Assembly: GCA_900768265.1 (NCBI GenBank)
Contig: CAAGCF010000004.1
Span: forward strand, 25,881-89,880
Source of the DNA: an uncultured Collinsella sp.
GTDB taxonomy: Bacteria; Actinomycetota; Coriobacteriia; Coriobacteriales; Coriobacteriaceae
Direction: 5' to 3'
DNA length: 64,000 bases
Of this stretch, positions 21,716-29,434 are shown one piece after another; position 1 is the stretch's first letter, and each line of letters starts with the position of its first letter. The notes beneath the pieces were generated by a model. The model saw nothing but the letters and a program-made list of their open reading frames with translations, was not told where the DNA came from and ran no database searches. The translations under genes and the position numbers were made by a program.

Positions 21716-24493
21716 ATGATTCTCAACGGACCGGGAATTAGCTACACCGAGCCCGATATCGGTTCGGAGTTCGTGCCGCCGCTGCCGGAGCATCCGCGCG
21801 AGGCAATCGTCAAGCTGTGCGAACACTGCACCAACCGCCTGCTGCATCGCGACGAGCTGCTGGGCTACGAGTACTGGTCGTTTGCCGAGGCCGCAACCGA
21901 CGAGCAAGCCGAAGTGCTCTGCAAGATGAAGATGCGCCGTCCCTATACGCTGCCCGAGATGGTTAAGCTCACCGGCATGCCCGAGGCCGATATCGAGAAG
22001 ATGCTCGACGACATGAGCTACACGGGTCTGCTCGAGTACAACTGGGAAAACCCCGAGCGCGCCAAGCAGTGGGTGCTGCCCATGCTGGTGCCGGGTTCCG
22101 CCGAGTTCCTCAACATGCGCGTGAGTCAGCTCGAGGAGCATCCGGTCTATGCCAAGTTCTTTGAGCAGGCATCCAAAGGCCCGCTGTCCAAGGCTACGCC
22201 GATGGTGCCGCCCGGAGGCGCCGGTATCGGCATGCACGTCATTCCGGTCGAGAAGGCCATTGACGCCGCGAGCACCTCGGTGCCGATTGAGCATATTGAG
22301 CACTGGCTCGACAAATACGAGGGTAAGTATGCCGCTAGCACCTGCAGCTGCCGCGCGAGCCGTCGCGTGATGGGTGAGGGCTGCGCCGACGACCCGGCTG
22401 ATTGGTGCATCGCCGTGGGCGATATGGCCGACTACGTGGTCGAGACCGATCGCGGCCATTACGTGACGCGCGACGAGGTCTACGACATCCTGCGCCAGGC
22501 CGAGGACAACGGTTTTGTGCACCAGATCACCAACATCGACGGCGAGAACAAGATCTTCGCCATCTGCAACTGCAACGTCAACGTGTGCTACGCCCTGCGC
22601 ACCTCGCAGCTGTTCAACACGCCCAACCTGTCGCGCTCGGCCTATGTCGCCAAGGTCGAAAAGGACAAGTGTGTGGCCTGCGGTCGCTGCGTTGAGGTGT
22701 GCTCGGCCGGTGCTGCTAAGCTGGGCCAGAAGCTCTGCAGCAAAAAGGCCGGTGGACAGGTCCCCGAGTATCCGCGCCAGGAGCTGCCCGATGCCACCAA
22801 GTGGGACCACACCAAGTGGTCGCCCAACTACCGCAACGACAACCGCATCGAGACGCATGAGTCCGGCACCGCTCCCTGCAAGACGGCCTGCCCCGCGCAT
22901 GTCGCCGTCCAGGGTTATTTGAAGCTCGCGGCGCAGGGTCGCTATGACGAGGCGCTGGCGCTCATCAAGCGTGAGAACCCACTGCCCGCCATCTGCGGCC
23001 GCGTGTGCAACCGCCGCTGTGAGGATGCCTGCACCCGCGGCCGTGTGGACGCCGCCGTGGCTATCGACGAGGTCAAGAAGTTTATCGCCCAGCGCGATCT
23101 GGACGCCGCGACCCGCTATGTCCCACCTGTGGTGACCCCGACGCGTGCCGGCGGCTTCGACCAGAAGATCGCCATCATCGGTGCCGGCCCGGCCGGTCTG
23201 TCCTGCGCTTTCTACCTGGCCGAGAAGGGCTACAAGCCCGTCGTATTTGAGAAGAACGAGCGCCCGGGCGGCATGCTCACCTACGGTATTCCCAGCTTTA
23301 AGCTGGAAAAGGACGTTATCGAGGCCGAGGTCGAGATCATTCGCCTGATGGGTGCCGAGTTCCGCTATGGCGTGGAGGTCGGTCGCGATGTGACGCTCGA
23401 CGAGCTGCGCGCGCAGGGCTTTAAGGCCTTCTACGTGGCTATTGGCTGCCAGGGCGGCCGCCTTGCCGGTATTCCGGGCGAGGATGCCGAGGACGTGACC
23501 GTAGCCGTCGACTTCTTGCGCGAGGTCAACAGTGGCAAGATCGACGCGTTGCCCGGCCGCACCATCGTGGTGGGCGGCGGCAACGTGGCCATCGACGTGG
23601 CCCGCAACGCCTGCCGCCTGGGCTCCGAGCACGTTGAGATGTTCTGCCTGGAGAGCGAGGCCCAGATGCCCGCGAGCGAGGAGGAGCGTCGCGAGGCCAT
23701 CGAGGACGGCGCGCACATCAGCTGCGGCTGGGGCCCCAAAGAGGTTCACCTGGACGAGACCGGCCGTGTGTGCGGTATCACCTTCAAGCGCTGCACGCGT
23801 GTCTTTGACGACGAGGGCCGTTTTGCGCCCGAGTACGACGAGAACGATCTGCGCCGTGTCGATGCCGACCGCGTCGTCATGTCGATTGGCCAGTCCATTG
23901 TGTGGGGCGACCTGCTGGCTGGCTCCAAGGTGGAGCTTGGCCGCGGCCAGGGTGCCCTTGCCGATCCCCAGACCTATCAGACCGCTGAGCCCGACATCTT
24001 TGTGGGAGGCGACGTCTACACCGGTCCGAGCTTTGCCATCGATGCCATCGCCGCCGGCCACGAGGCCGCCGTGTCCATCCATCGCTTTGTGCAGCCGGGC
24101 TCCACGCTCATCATCGGCCGCAACCAGCGCCGCTACACCGCGCTCGACCGCGACGATGTCGTGATCGAGAGCTACGACAACGCGAACCGCGAGGTTGCCC
24201 ACGTGGACCGCGAGCGCGAGAAGGCCGCGCCGTTTAGCGAGTACGTCGAGACCTTTACCGAAGAGCAGGTGCGCGCCGAGACCGCCCGCTGCTTGGGTTG
24301 CGGTGCCTCGATCGTCGACCCCAACAAGTGCATCGGCTGCGGCCTGTGCACCACCAAGTGCGCGTTCGACGCCATCCATCTGGATCGCGACCGCCCCGAG
24401 TGCTCCACGATGGTCAAATACGAGCAAAAGCTCCCCAGCCTCGGCAAGTACGCTTTGAAACGCGCAATCAAAATCAAATTCGGGAAGAAGTAA
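21716..24493 (+). CDS. Large Fe-S flavoprotein (GltD-like pyridine nucleotide-disulfide oxidoreductase with extra Fe-S domains)
   Basis: Cys-rich N-domain, CVACGRCVEVC, APCKTACP..ICGRVCNRRCEDAC, IGAGPAG, VGGGNVA, C-terminal CIGCGLCTTKC. Confidence 0.88.
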   Translation: MILNGPGISYTEPDIGSEFVPPLPEHPREAIVKLCEHCTNRLLHRDELLGYEYWSFAEAATDEQAEVLCKMKMRRPYTLPEMVKLTGMPEADIEKMLDDMSYTGLLEYNWENPERAKQWVLPMLVPGSAEFLNMRVSQLEEHPVYAKFFEQASKGPLSKATPMVPPGGAGIGMHVIPVEKAIDAASTSVPIEHIEHWLDKYEGKYAASTCSCRASRRVMGEGCADDPADWCIAVGDMADYVVETDRGHYVTRDEVYDILRQAEDNGFVHQITNIDGENKIFAICNCNVNVCYALRTSQLFNTPNLSRSAYVAKVEKDKCVACGRCVEVCSAGAAKLGQKLCSKKAGGQVPEYPRQELPDATKWDHTKWSPNYRNDNRIETHESGTAPCKTACPAHVAVQGYLKLAAQGRYDEALALIKRENPLPAICGRVCNRRCEDACTRGRVDAAVAIDEVKKFIAQRDLDAATRYVPPVVTPTRAGGFDQKIAIIGAGPAGLSCAFYLAEKGYKPVVFEKNERPGGMLTYGIPSFKLEKDVIEAEVEIIRLMGAEFRYGVEVGRDVTLDELRAQGFKAFYVAIGCQGGRLAGIPGEDAEDVTVAVDFLREVNSGKIDALPGRTIVVGGGNVAIDVARNACRLGSEHVEMFCLESEAQMPASEEERREAIEDGAHISCGWGPKEVHLDETGRVCGITFKRCTRVFDDEGRFAPEYDENDLRRVDADRVVMSIGQSIVWGDLLAGSKVELGRGQGALADPQTYQTAEPDIFVGGDVYTGPSFAIDAIAAGHEAAVSIHRFVQPGSTLIIGRNQRRYTALDRDDVVIESYDNANREVAHVDREREKAAPFSEYVETFTEEQVRAETARCLGCGASIVDPNKCIGCGLCTTKCAFDAIHLDRDRPECSTMVKYEQKLPSLGKYALKRAIKIKFGKK

Positions 24494-24510
24494 AAGAACC
24501 TAACAAGAAA

Positions 24511-24666
24511 GCGAACGGTGCAGGGGGCGGTTGGACAGCGAGCGAGTCCCAGGCGTGGCGAGGTGCCTTGAAAGAGGAGGGCATAGGGCTTTTGCCCATG
24601 CCCGACGATTGAAAGGCAGATCGCCCGTCTGGGGCTCGCGCAGCGTCAAATCGACCGCCGTTCGTT
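24511..24666. other. Long rod-like structured intergenic element (MITE or ncRNA)
   Basis: Nested complementary segments from GCGAACGG/CCGTTCGT inward to GGGCATAGGGC/GCCCATGCCC. Confidence 0.55.
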
Positions 24667-24685
24667 AGAACGGCGGAAGAGAAAA

Positions 24686-25114
24686 GTGCACGAATTGGGA
24701 ATCGTTTATCACATCATTCGCGATGTTGAGAACGTGGCGCGCGCCAATGGCGTGCGCCACGTTTCGAGCGTTACGCTGCTGCTGGGTGAGGTCTCGGGCG
24801 TCGTTCCCGACTTGCTGCTCGACGCTTGGCGCTGGGCGGCAGATAAAAAGTCCATCACCGAGGGTGCGGAGCTTATTGTGGAGCCTGTCGAGGCCGTGAC
24901 GCATTGCGAGGCGTGCGGCTGCGACTACGTGACGGTCGAGCACGGCAAGACCTGCCCCCATTGCGGCAGCGGCGAGACATACCTGCTGCAGGGCCAGGAG
25001 GTCATGATCAAGCAGATCGAGACCCCCGACGAGGACCCGGCAGACGCTGCTCCCGACGGTCCTTCCGACGCTCCCGACGCCGTCGACGCCGCCAACCCCC
25101 TCCACATCGCCTAA
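24686..25114 (+). CDS. hypA: Nickel metallochaperone HypA
   Basis: N-terminal MHE, GEVSGV, CEAC and CPHC zinc ligands, G.E..I..IE. Confidence 0.9.
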   Translation: MHELGIVYHIIRDVENVARANGVRHVSSVTLLLGEVSGVVPDLLLDAWRWAADKKSITEGAELIVEPVEAVTHCEACGCDYVTVEHGKTCPHCGSGETYLLQGQEVMIKQIETPDEDPADAAPDGPSDAPDAVDAANPLHIA

Positions 25115-25116
25115 CT

Positions 25117-25199
25117 TGGTCGTTGGGGACGTTCTTAAACGACTAGTCAATCAAGAACGTCCCCAACGACTAGTCGTTTAAGAACGTCTCCAATGACTA
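25117..25199. repeat. Three 29-bp REP-like units joined at TA/CTAG
   Basis: Consensus TAGTCRTTGGGGACGTTCTTAAACGACTA in +,-,- orientation. Confidence 0.85.
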
Positions 25200-25517
25200 C
25201 TTGCGCTAGAGCATAAGTCACGCTAATAGTCAAGTTATGTCTGTTTACACAACATAGCGGCAGTACAAGCGCATTCACGCTTGCCTAAAATCGATATTAA
25301 TGAACAGCCTGCTTGTATCTGTAAAATGCGCGGCTTGATGAGCGGCGCCTTGGCGGGTAATGAGTGAAAAACCAGCAACGTAATCAACTTGTAACAAACC
25401 TAGACGTTTAAACAAATAATGCAACCTTTTGCAAATTTAGCGATAATTCCACAAACTAAACAGGTATACTTCCTTAATGTCGTGTAGGGAATACGTAGAC
25501 AAAAAGGAGGTTATGTG

Positions 25518-26507
25518 ATGGTAAGTATTGTTCTTGCTAGCCACGGGGACTTGGCTGCTGGAATCAAGCAGACGGGCTCGATGGTCTTTGGCGATCAGCC
25601 GTCTGTAGCCGTGGTCTCGCTCGAGCCGAGCATGGGCCCCGACGACTTCCGTGCCAAGGTCGAGGAAGCAGTCGCTTCCTTCGAGGACCAGGAGCAGGTG
25701 CTCTTCCTCGTTGATCTGTGGGGCGGCACGCCGTTCAACCAGATCAGCGGGCTCATCGAGGGCCACGATTCCTGGGCTATCGTCACCGGTGTCAACCTGC
25801 CTATGCTCATCGAGGCATATTCGCAGCGCTTTGACGCAAAGAACACTGCACATGCGATCGCAAAACATCTCGTGACTGAGGCTAAGGCTGGCGTGCGCGT
25901 CAAGCCCGAGTCTCTGGAGCCCGAGGAGAAGAAGCCGGCTGCGGCCGCCGCTGCTCCTGCAGGCGCCATCCCTCCGGGAACGGTCATCGGCGACGGGCAC
26001 ATCAAGATTGCCCACGTCCGTATCGACACCCGTCTGCTTCATGGTCAGGTGGCCACCACGTGGACCAAGCAGATCAACCCCAACCGCATCATCGTGGTTT
26101 CCGACGGCGTTGCTCACGACGAGCTCCGCAAGACCATGATCGAGCAGGCTGCCCCTCCGGGAGTCCATGCCAACGTCGTGCCCATCAAGAAGATGGCCGA
26201 GGTCGTCAAGGACACGCGCTTTGGTGACACCAAGGCCATGCTGCTCTTCGAGAACCCGCAGGATCTGCTCAAGGCCATCGAGGCCGGCGTCGACATCAAG
26301 GAAGTCAACATCGGTTCCATGGCTCACTCCAAGGGCAAGGTCGTCGTCACCAACGCCGTCGCTATGGGCGATGACGACGTCAAGACTCTCGAGGCCCTCA
26401 AGGCCAAGGGCGTCAAGTTCGAGGTCCGCAAGGTTCCTTCGGATTCCTCCGAGGATCTCGACGCCATGTTGAAGAAAGCTAAGGCCGAACTGGCCGCTCA
26501 AGCATAG
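25518..26507 (+). CDS. manX: PTS mannose-family EIIAB
   Basis: ASHG, DLWGGTPFN, GVNLPML, RIDTRLLHGQVAT.W. Confidence 0.93.
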   Translation: MVSIVLASHGDLAAGIKQTGSMVFGDQPSVAVVSLEPSMGPDDFRAKVEEAVASFEDQEQVLFLVDLWGGTPFNQISGLIEGHDSWAIVTGVNLPMLIEAYSQRFDAKNTAHAIAKHLVTEAKAGVRVKPESLEPEEKKPAAAAAAPAGAIPPGTVIGDGHIKIAHVRIDTRLLHGQVATTWTKQINPNRIIVVSDGVAHDELRKTMIEQAAPPGVHANVVPIKKMAEVVKDTRFGDTKAMLLFENPQDLLKAIEAGVDIKEVNIGSMAHSKGKVVVTNAVAMGDDDVKTLEALKAKGVKFEVRKVPSDSSEDLDAMLKKAKAELAAQA

Positions 26508-26525
26508 TAAAGGAGGGTCCGATAC

Positions 26526-27344
26526 ATGTCTGCAATCACTATTCTGCTTGTTGCGATTGTCGCGTTGCTTGCCGGTATGGAAGGCATTCTGGATGAGTTC
26601 CAGTTCCATCAGCCGCTCGTGGCATGCACGCTTATCGGTCTCGTAACCGGTCACCTTCAGGAGGGCATCCTCCTGGGCGGTTCGCTCCAGATGATGGCCC
26701 TTGGCTGGGCCAACGTCGGCGCCGCCGTCGCGCCTGACGCCGCTCTGGCCTCGGTCGCCTCTTCGATCATCATGGTGCTCGCCCTCAACGGCGGCGCTAC
26801 CGATCCGTCGAAGGCCGTTACCGCCGCTATCGCCGTCGCTGTCCCGCTGTCGGTCGCTGGTCTGTTCCTGACCATGATCTGCCGTACCCTGGCTACCGCT
26901 ATCGCTCACGCCATGGACGGTTGCGCCGAGAAGGGCGACTTCGCCGGCATCGAGCGTTGGCAGTACATTGCCATCCTTATGCAGGGCCTTCGTATCGCCA
27001 TCCCGGCAGTACTTCTGTGCATCATCCCGGCCGAGGCTGTTACCAACGCGCTTAACGCTATGCCCGACTGGCTGTCCGGCGGCATGGCTGTCGGCGGCGG
27101 CATGGTCGCTTCCGTCGGTTACGCCATGGTCATCAACATGATGGCCACCAAGGAGACCTGGCCGTTCTTCATCCTCGGCTTTGTCCTTGCTGCCATCCCT
27201 CAGCTCACGCTGATCGCCCTTGGCCTCATCGGCATCTCCCTTGCTCTCATCTACCTTGGCCTTAAGGATCTGGCCAAGCAGGGTGGCGGCATGGGCGGTG
27301 GCTCCGGCGACCCGCTCGGCGATATTCTGAACGATTACGAGTAG
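26526..27344 (+). CDS. manY: PTS mannose-family EIIC
   Basis: FQFHQPLVACTLIG, LGWANVGAAVAPD. Confidence 0.93.
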   Translation: MSAITILLVAIVALLAGMEGILDEFQFHQPLVACTLIGLVTGHLQEGILLGGSLQMMALGWANVGAAVAPDAALASVASSIIMVLALNGGATDPSKAVTAAIAVAVPLSVAGLFLTMICRTLATAIAHAMDGCAEKGDFAGIERWQYIAILMQGLRIAIPAVLLCIIPAEAVTNALNAMPDWLSGGMAVGGGMVASVGYAMVINMMATKETWPFFILGFVLAAIPQLTLIALGLIGISLALIYLGLKDLAKQGGGMGGGSGDPLGDILNDYE

Positions 27345-27360
27345 GAGGGGAGTGATACAT

Positions 27361-28281
27361 ATGGCAGAGAACAAGATTCAGCTCACCAAGGCTGACCGCA
27401 AGAAGGTTTGCTTCCGTCATCAGTTCCTTCAGGGCTCGTGGAACTACGAGCGTATGCAGAATGGCGGCTGGTGCTTCGCAATGATCCCTGCGATCAAGAA
27501 GCTCTACACCAGCAAGGATGACCAGATTGCCGCTCTTAAGCGCCACCTGGAGTTCTATAACACCCACCCCTATGTTTCCGCCCCCGTCATTGGCGTTACC
27601 CTCGCTCTCGAGGAGGAGCGCGCCAACGGTGCTCCGATCGACGACGTCGCCATCCAGGGCGTCAAGGTCGGTATGATGGGCCCGCTCGCCGGCGTCGGCG
27701 ACCCCGCCTTCTGGTTCACCCTTCGCCCGATCCTGGGCGCTCTGGGCGCTTCCCTGGCCCTGTCCGGTAGCATTGCCGGTCCGCTGCTGTTCTTCTTCGC
27801 GTGGAACATCATCCGTTACGCCTTCCTGTGGTACACGCAGGAGTTTGGCTACAAGGTCGGCTCCTCCATCGCCAAGGACCTCTCTGGCGGTCTGATGGGC
27901 AAGGTTACCGAGGGTGCTTCCATCCTTGGTATGTTCATCATCGGCGCCCTGGTCGAGCGCTGGGTGTCCATCTCCTTCACCCCGGTCGTCTCCAAGGTCA
28001 CGCAGTCTGCTGGCGCCTTTATCGACTGGGCTAACCTGCCCTCCGGTTCCGAGGGTGTCAAGGAAGCACTGACGATGTATAACTCCATCGGCGGTACTGC
28101 CCTTGATCAGGTCAAGGTCACCACGCTTCAGGCCAACCTCGATCAGCTCATCCCCGGCCTTGCCGCCGTGTGCCTGACCCTGCTGGTCTGCAAGCTCCTC
28201 AAGAAGAAGGTCAGCCCGATCGTCATCATCCTGGCTCTCTTCGCCGTCGGCATCATCGGTCGCGTCTGCGGCTTCATGTAA
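27361..28281 (+). CDS. manZ: PTS mannose-family EIID
   Basis: SWNYERMQN, FYNTHP, KVGMMGPLAGVGD. Confidence 0.93.
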   Translation: MAENKIQLTKADRKKVCFRHQFLQGSWNYERMQNGGWCFAMIPAIKKLYTSKDDQIAALKRHLEFYNTHPYVSAPVIGVTLALEEERANGAPIDDVAIQGVKVGMMGPLAGVGDPAFWFTLRPILGALGASLALSGSIAGPLLFFFAWNIIRYAFLWYTQEFGYKVGSSIAKDLSGGLMGKVTEGASILGMFIIGALVERWVSISFTPVVSKVTQSAGAFIDWANLPSGSEGVKEALTMYNSIGGTALDQVKVTTLQANLDQLIPGLAAVCLTLLVCKLLKKKVSPIVIILALFAVGIIGRVCGFM

Positions 28282-28337
28282 GCGCGCTTCGGCTTAAGAC
28301 CGAGAGTTGCTAGGCAAGGGCTTTTGAGCCATTGAAA

Positions 28338-28381
28338 CGGACCGCACCCGGTGGGTACACTGGATGCGGTCCGATTGTTTT
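28338..28381 (+). terminator. Terminator-like hairpin after EIID
   Basis: CGGACCGCACCCGGTG/CACTGGATGCGGTCCG plus T-rich tail. Confidence 0.55.
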
Positions 28382-28401
28382 ATTTGGAGGGCGAGGCGCG
28401 C

Positions 28402-28800
28402 ATGGCGCAATCTCAGAACAGCACGGTCGATCTTGCAACGCCGGCAACCTGCCTGATGGGGCTTACCAGCCACGGCAACGTCATGGTGGGCAATAAGGCG
28501 TTTGAGTACTATAACGAGCGCAATCCCGAGGATTATATTCAAATCCCGTGGGACGAGGTCGACTATATTGCCGCCGAGGTTTTGCGTGGCACCAAGAAGA
28601 TTACGCGTTTTGCGATCTTCACCAAGGACAACGGTCACTTTACGTTTTCGACGCGCGACGACAAAGAGACGCTTCGTGCGGTCCGCAAGTACGTTGACGA
28701 GGACAAGCTCGTGCGCTCGCCCGACTTCATCGATGTGACCGCCAAGGGCGCCAAGAGCATTCCCTCCGTTATCAAAAACCTCTTCCACAAAGGTAACTAG
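28402..28800 (+). CDS. DUF956 (ManO-like) protein
   Basis: MAQSQN..G.VMVGNKAFEYYNERN..DYIQIPW; follows mannose PTS. Confidence 0.85.
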   Translation: MAQSQNSTVDLATPATCLMGLTSHGNVMVGNKAFEYYNERNPEDYIQIPWDEVDYIAAEVLRGTKKITRFAIFTKDNGHFTFSTRDDKETLRAVRKYVDEDKLVRSPDFIDVTAKGAKSIPSVIKNLFHKGN

Positions 28801-28854
28801 TCGCCTGCGGCGTTCTTAAACGACTAGTCATTAAAGAACGCCCGCCAATGACTA
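28798..28854. repeat. Inverted doublet of the 29-bp REP-like unit
   Basis: TAGTCG..CGTTCTTAAACGACTA plus inverted copy; begins at the TAG stop. Confidence 0.75.
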
Positions 28855-28917
28855 TCACTTCGAAGAGTGGCCACACGCTGCATCACAACGTGTAAATCTG
28901 TTACACTAGTACAACAT

Positions 28918-28993
28918 GCCTCCGTAGCTCAGGGGATAGAGCACCGCTCTCCTAAAGCGGGTGTCGACGGTTCGAATCCGCCCGGGGGCACCA
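28918..28993 (+). tRNA. tRNA-Arg(CCT)
   Basis: 76-nt cloverleaf, TAGCTCAG, anticodon arm CCGCT-CT CCT AA-AGCGG, GGTTCGAATCC, encoded CCA. Confidence 0.95.
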
Positions 28994-29049
28994 GGGAATA
29001 TGACGGCGTCGCTAGAGCGGCGCCGTTTCTGGTTTGTGGGGCCGTCGGC

Positions 29050-29305
29050 GGTTTCGGACCGTCGACACCCGCGTCACCAATTTCCCCGCGGGGGGAGTTT
29101 TCGAATCCGCCCGGGGGCACCAGAGATTTGTCGAGCCCGGTACCACCACGGTGCCGGGCTCTTCTGGTCTAAGGGCCGGATTCGGGCCGTCGACGCCCGC
29201 GTCACCAGTTTCCCCTCGGGGGGGGGGGGAGTTTTCGAATCCGCCCGGGGGCACCAGAGATTGATCGAGCCCGGTACCTTTATGGTGCCGGGCTCTTCTG
29301 GTTTA
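29050..29305 (+). repeat. Two ~134-bp tRNA-linked tandem repeats
   Basis: TTCGAATCCGCCCGGGGGCACCA repeated at 29100 and 29234, each followed by a GAGCCCGGTACC../GGTGCCGGGCTC hairpin. Confidence 0.9.
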
Positions 29306-29347
29306 AAGTCACGTTCTTCCATGGGCGGCAATCCCGCGTCAAAAGAA

Positions 29348-29382
29348 AAGCGCCCGCTTGCCGGGGGAGCAAGCGGGCGCTT
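29348..29382 (-). terminator. pknB terminator
   Basis: AAGCGCCCGCTTGC/GCAAGCGGGCGCTT with A run on the left. Confidence 0.8.
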
Positions 29383-29434
29383 CTGAGCGAATGCGTTTGC
29401 GGTCTAAACCGCTCGGAGCAACAAGCGATCGACG

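Noticed and set aside
25117..25199. 29-bp repeats as a mini-CRISPR
   Set aside because: No spacers; units abut and alternate orientation
29100..29256. Additional tRNA genes
   Set aside because: Only the 3' 23 nt are present; no D or anticodon arm
28994..29434. Prophage or ICE integrated at tRNA-Arg
   Set aside because: No integrase or cargo; only about 110 bp between the duplicated ends
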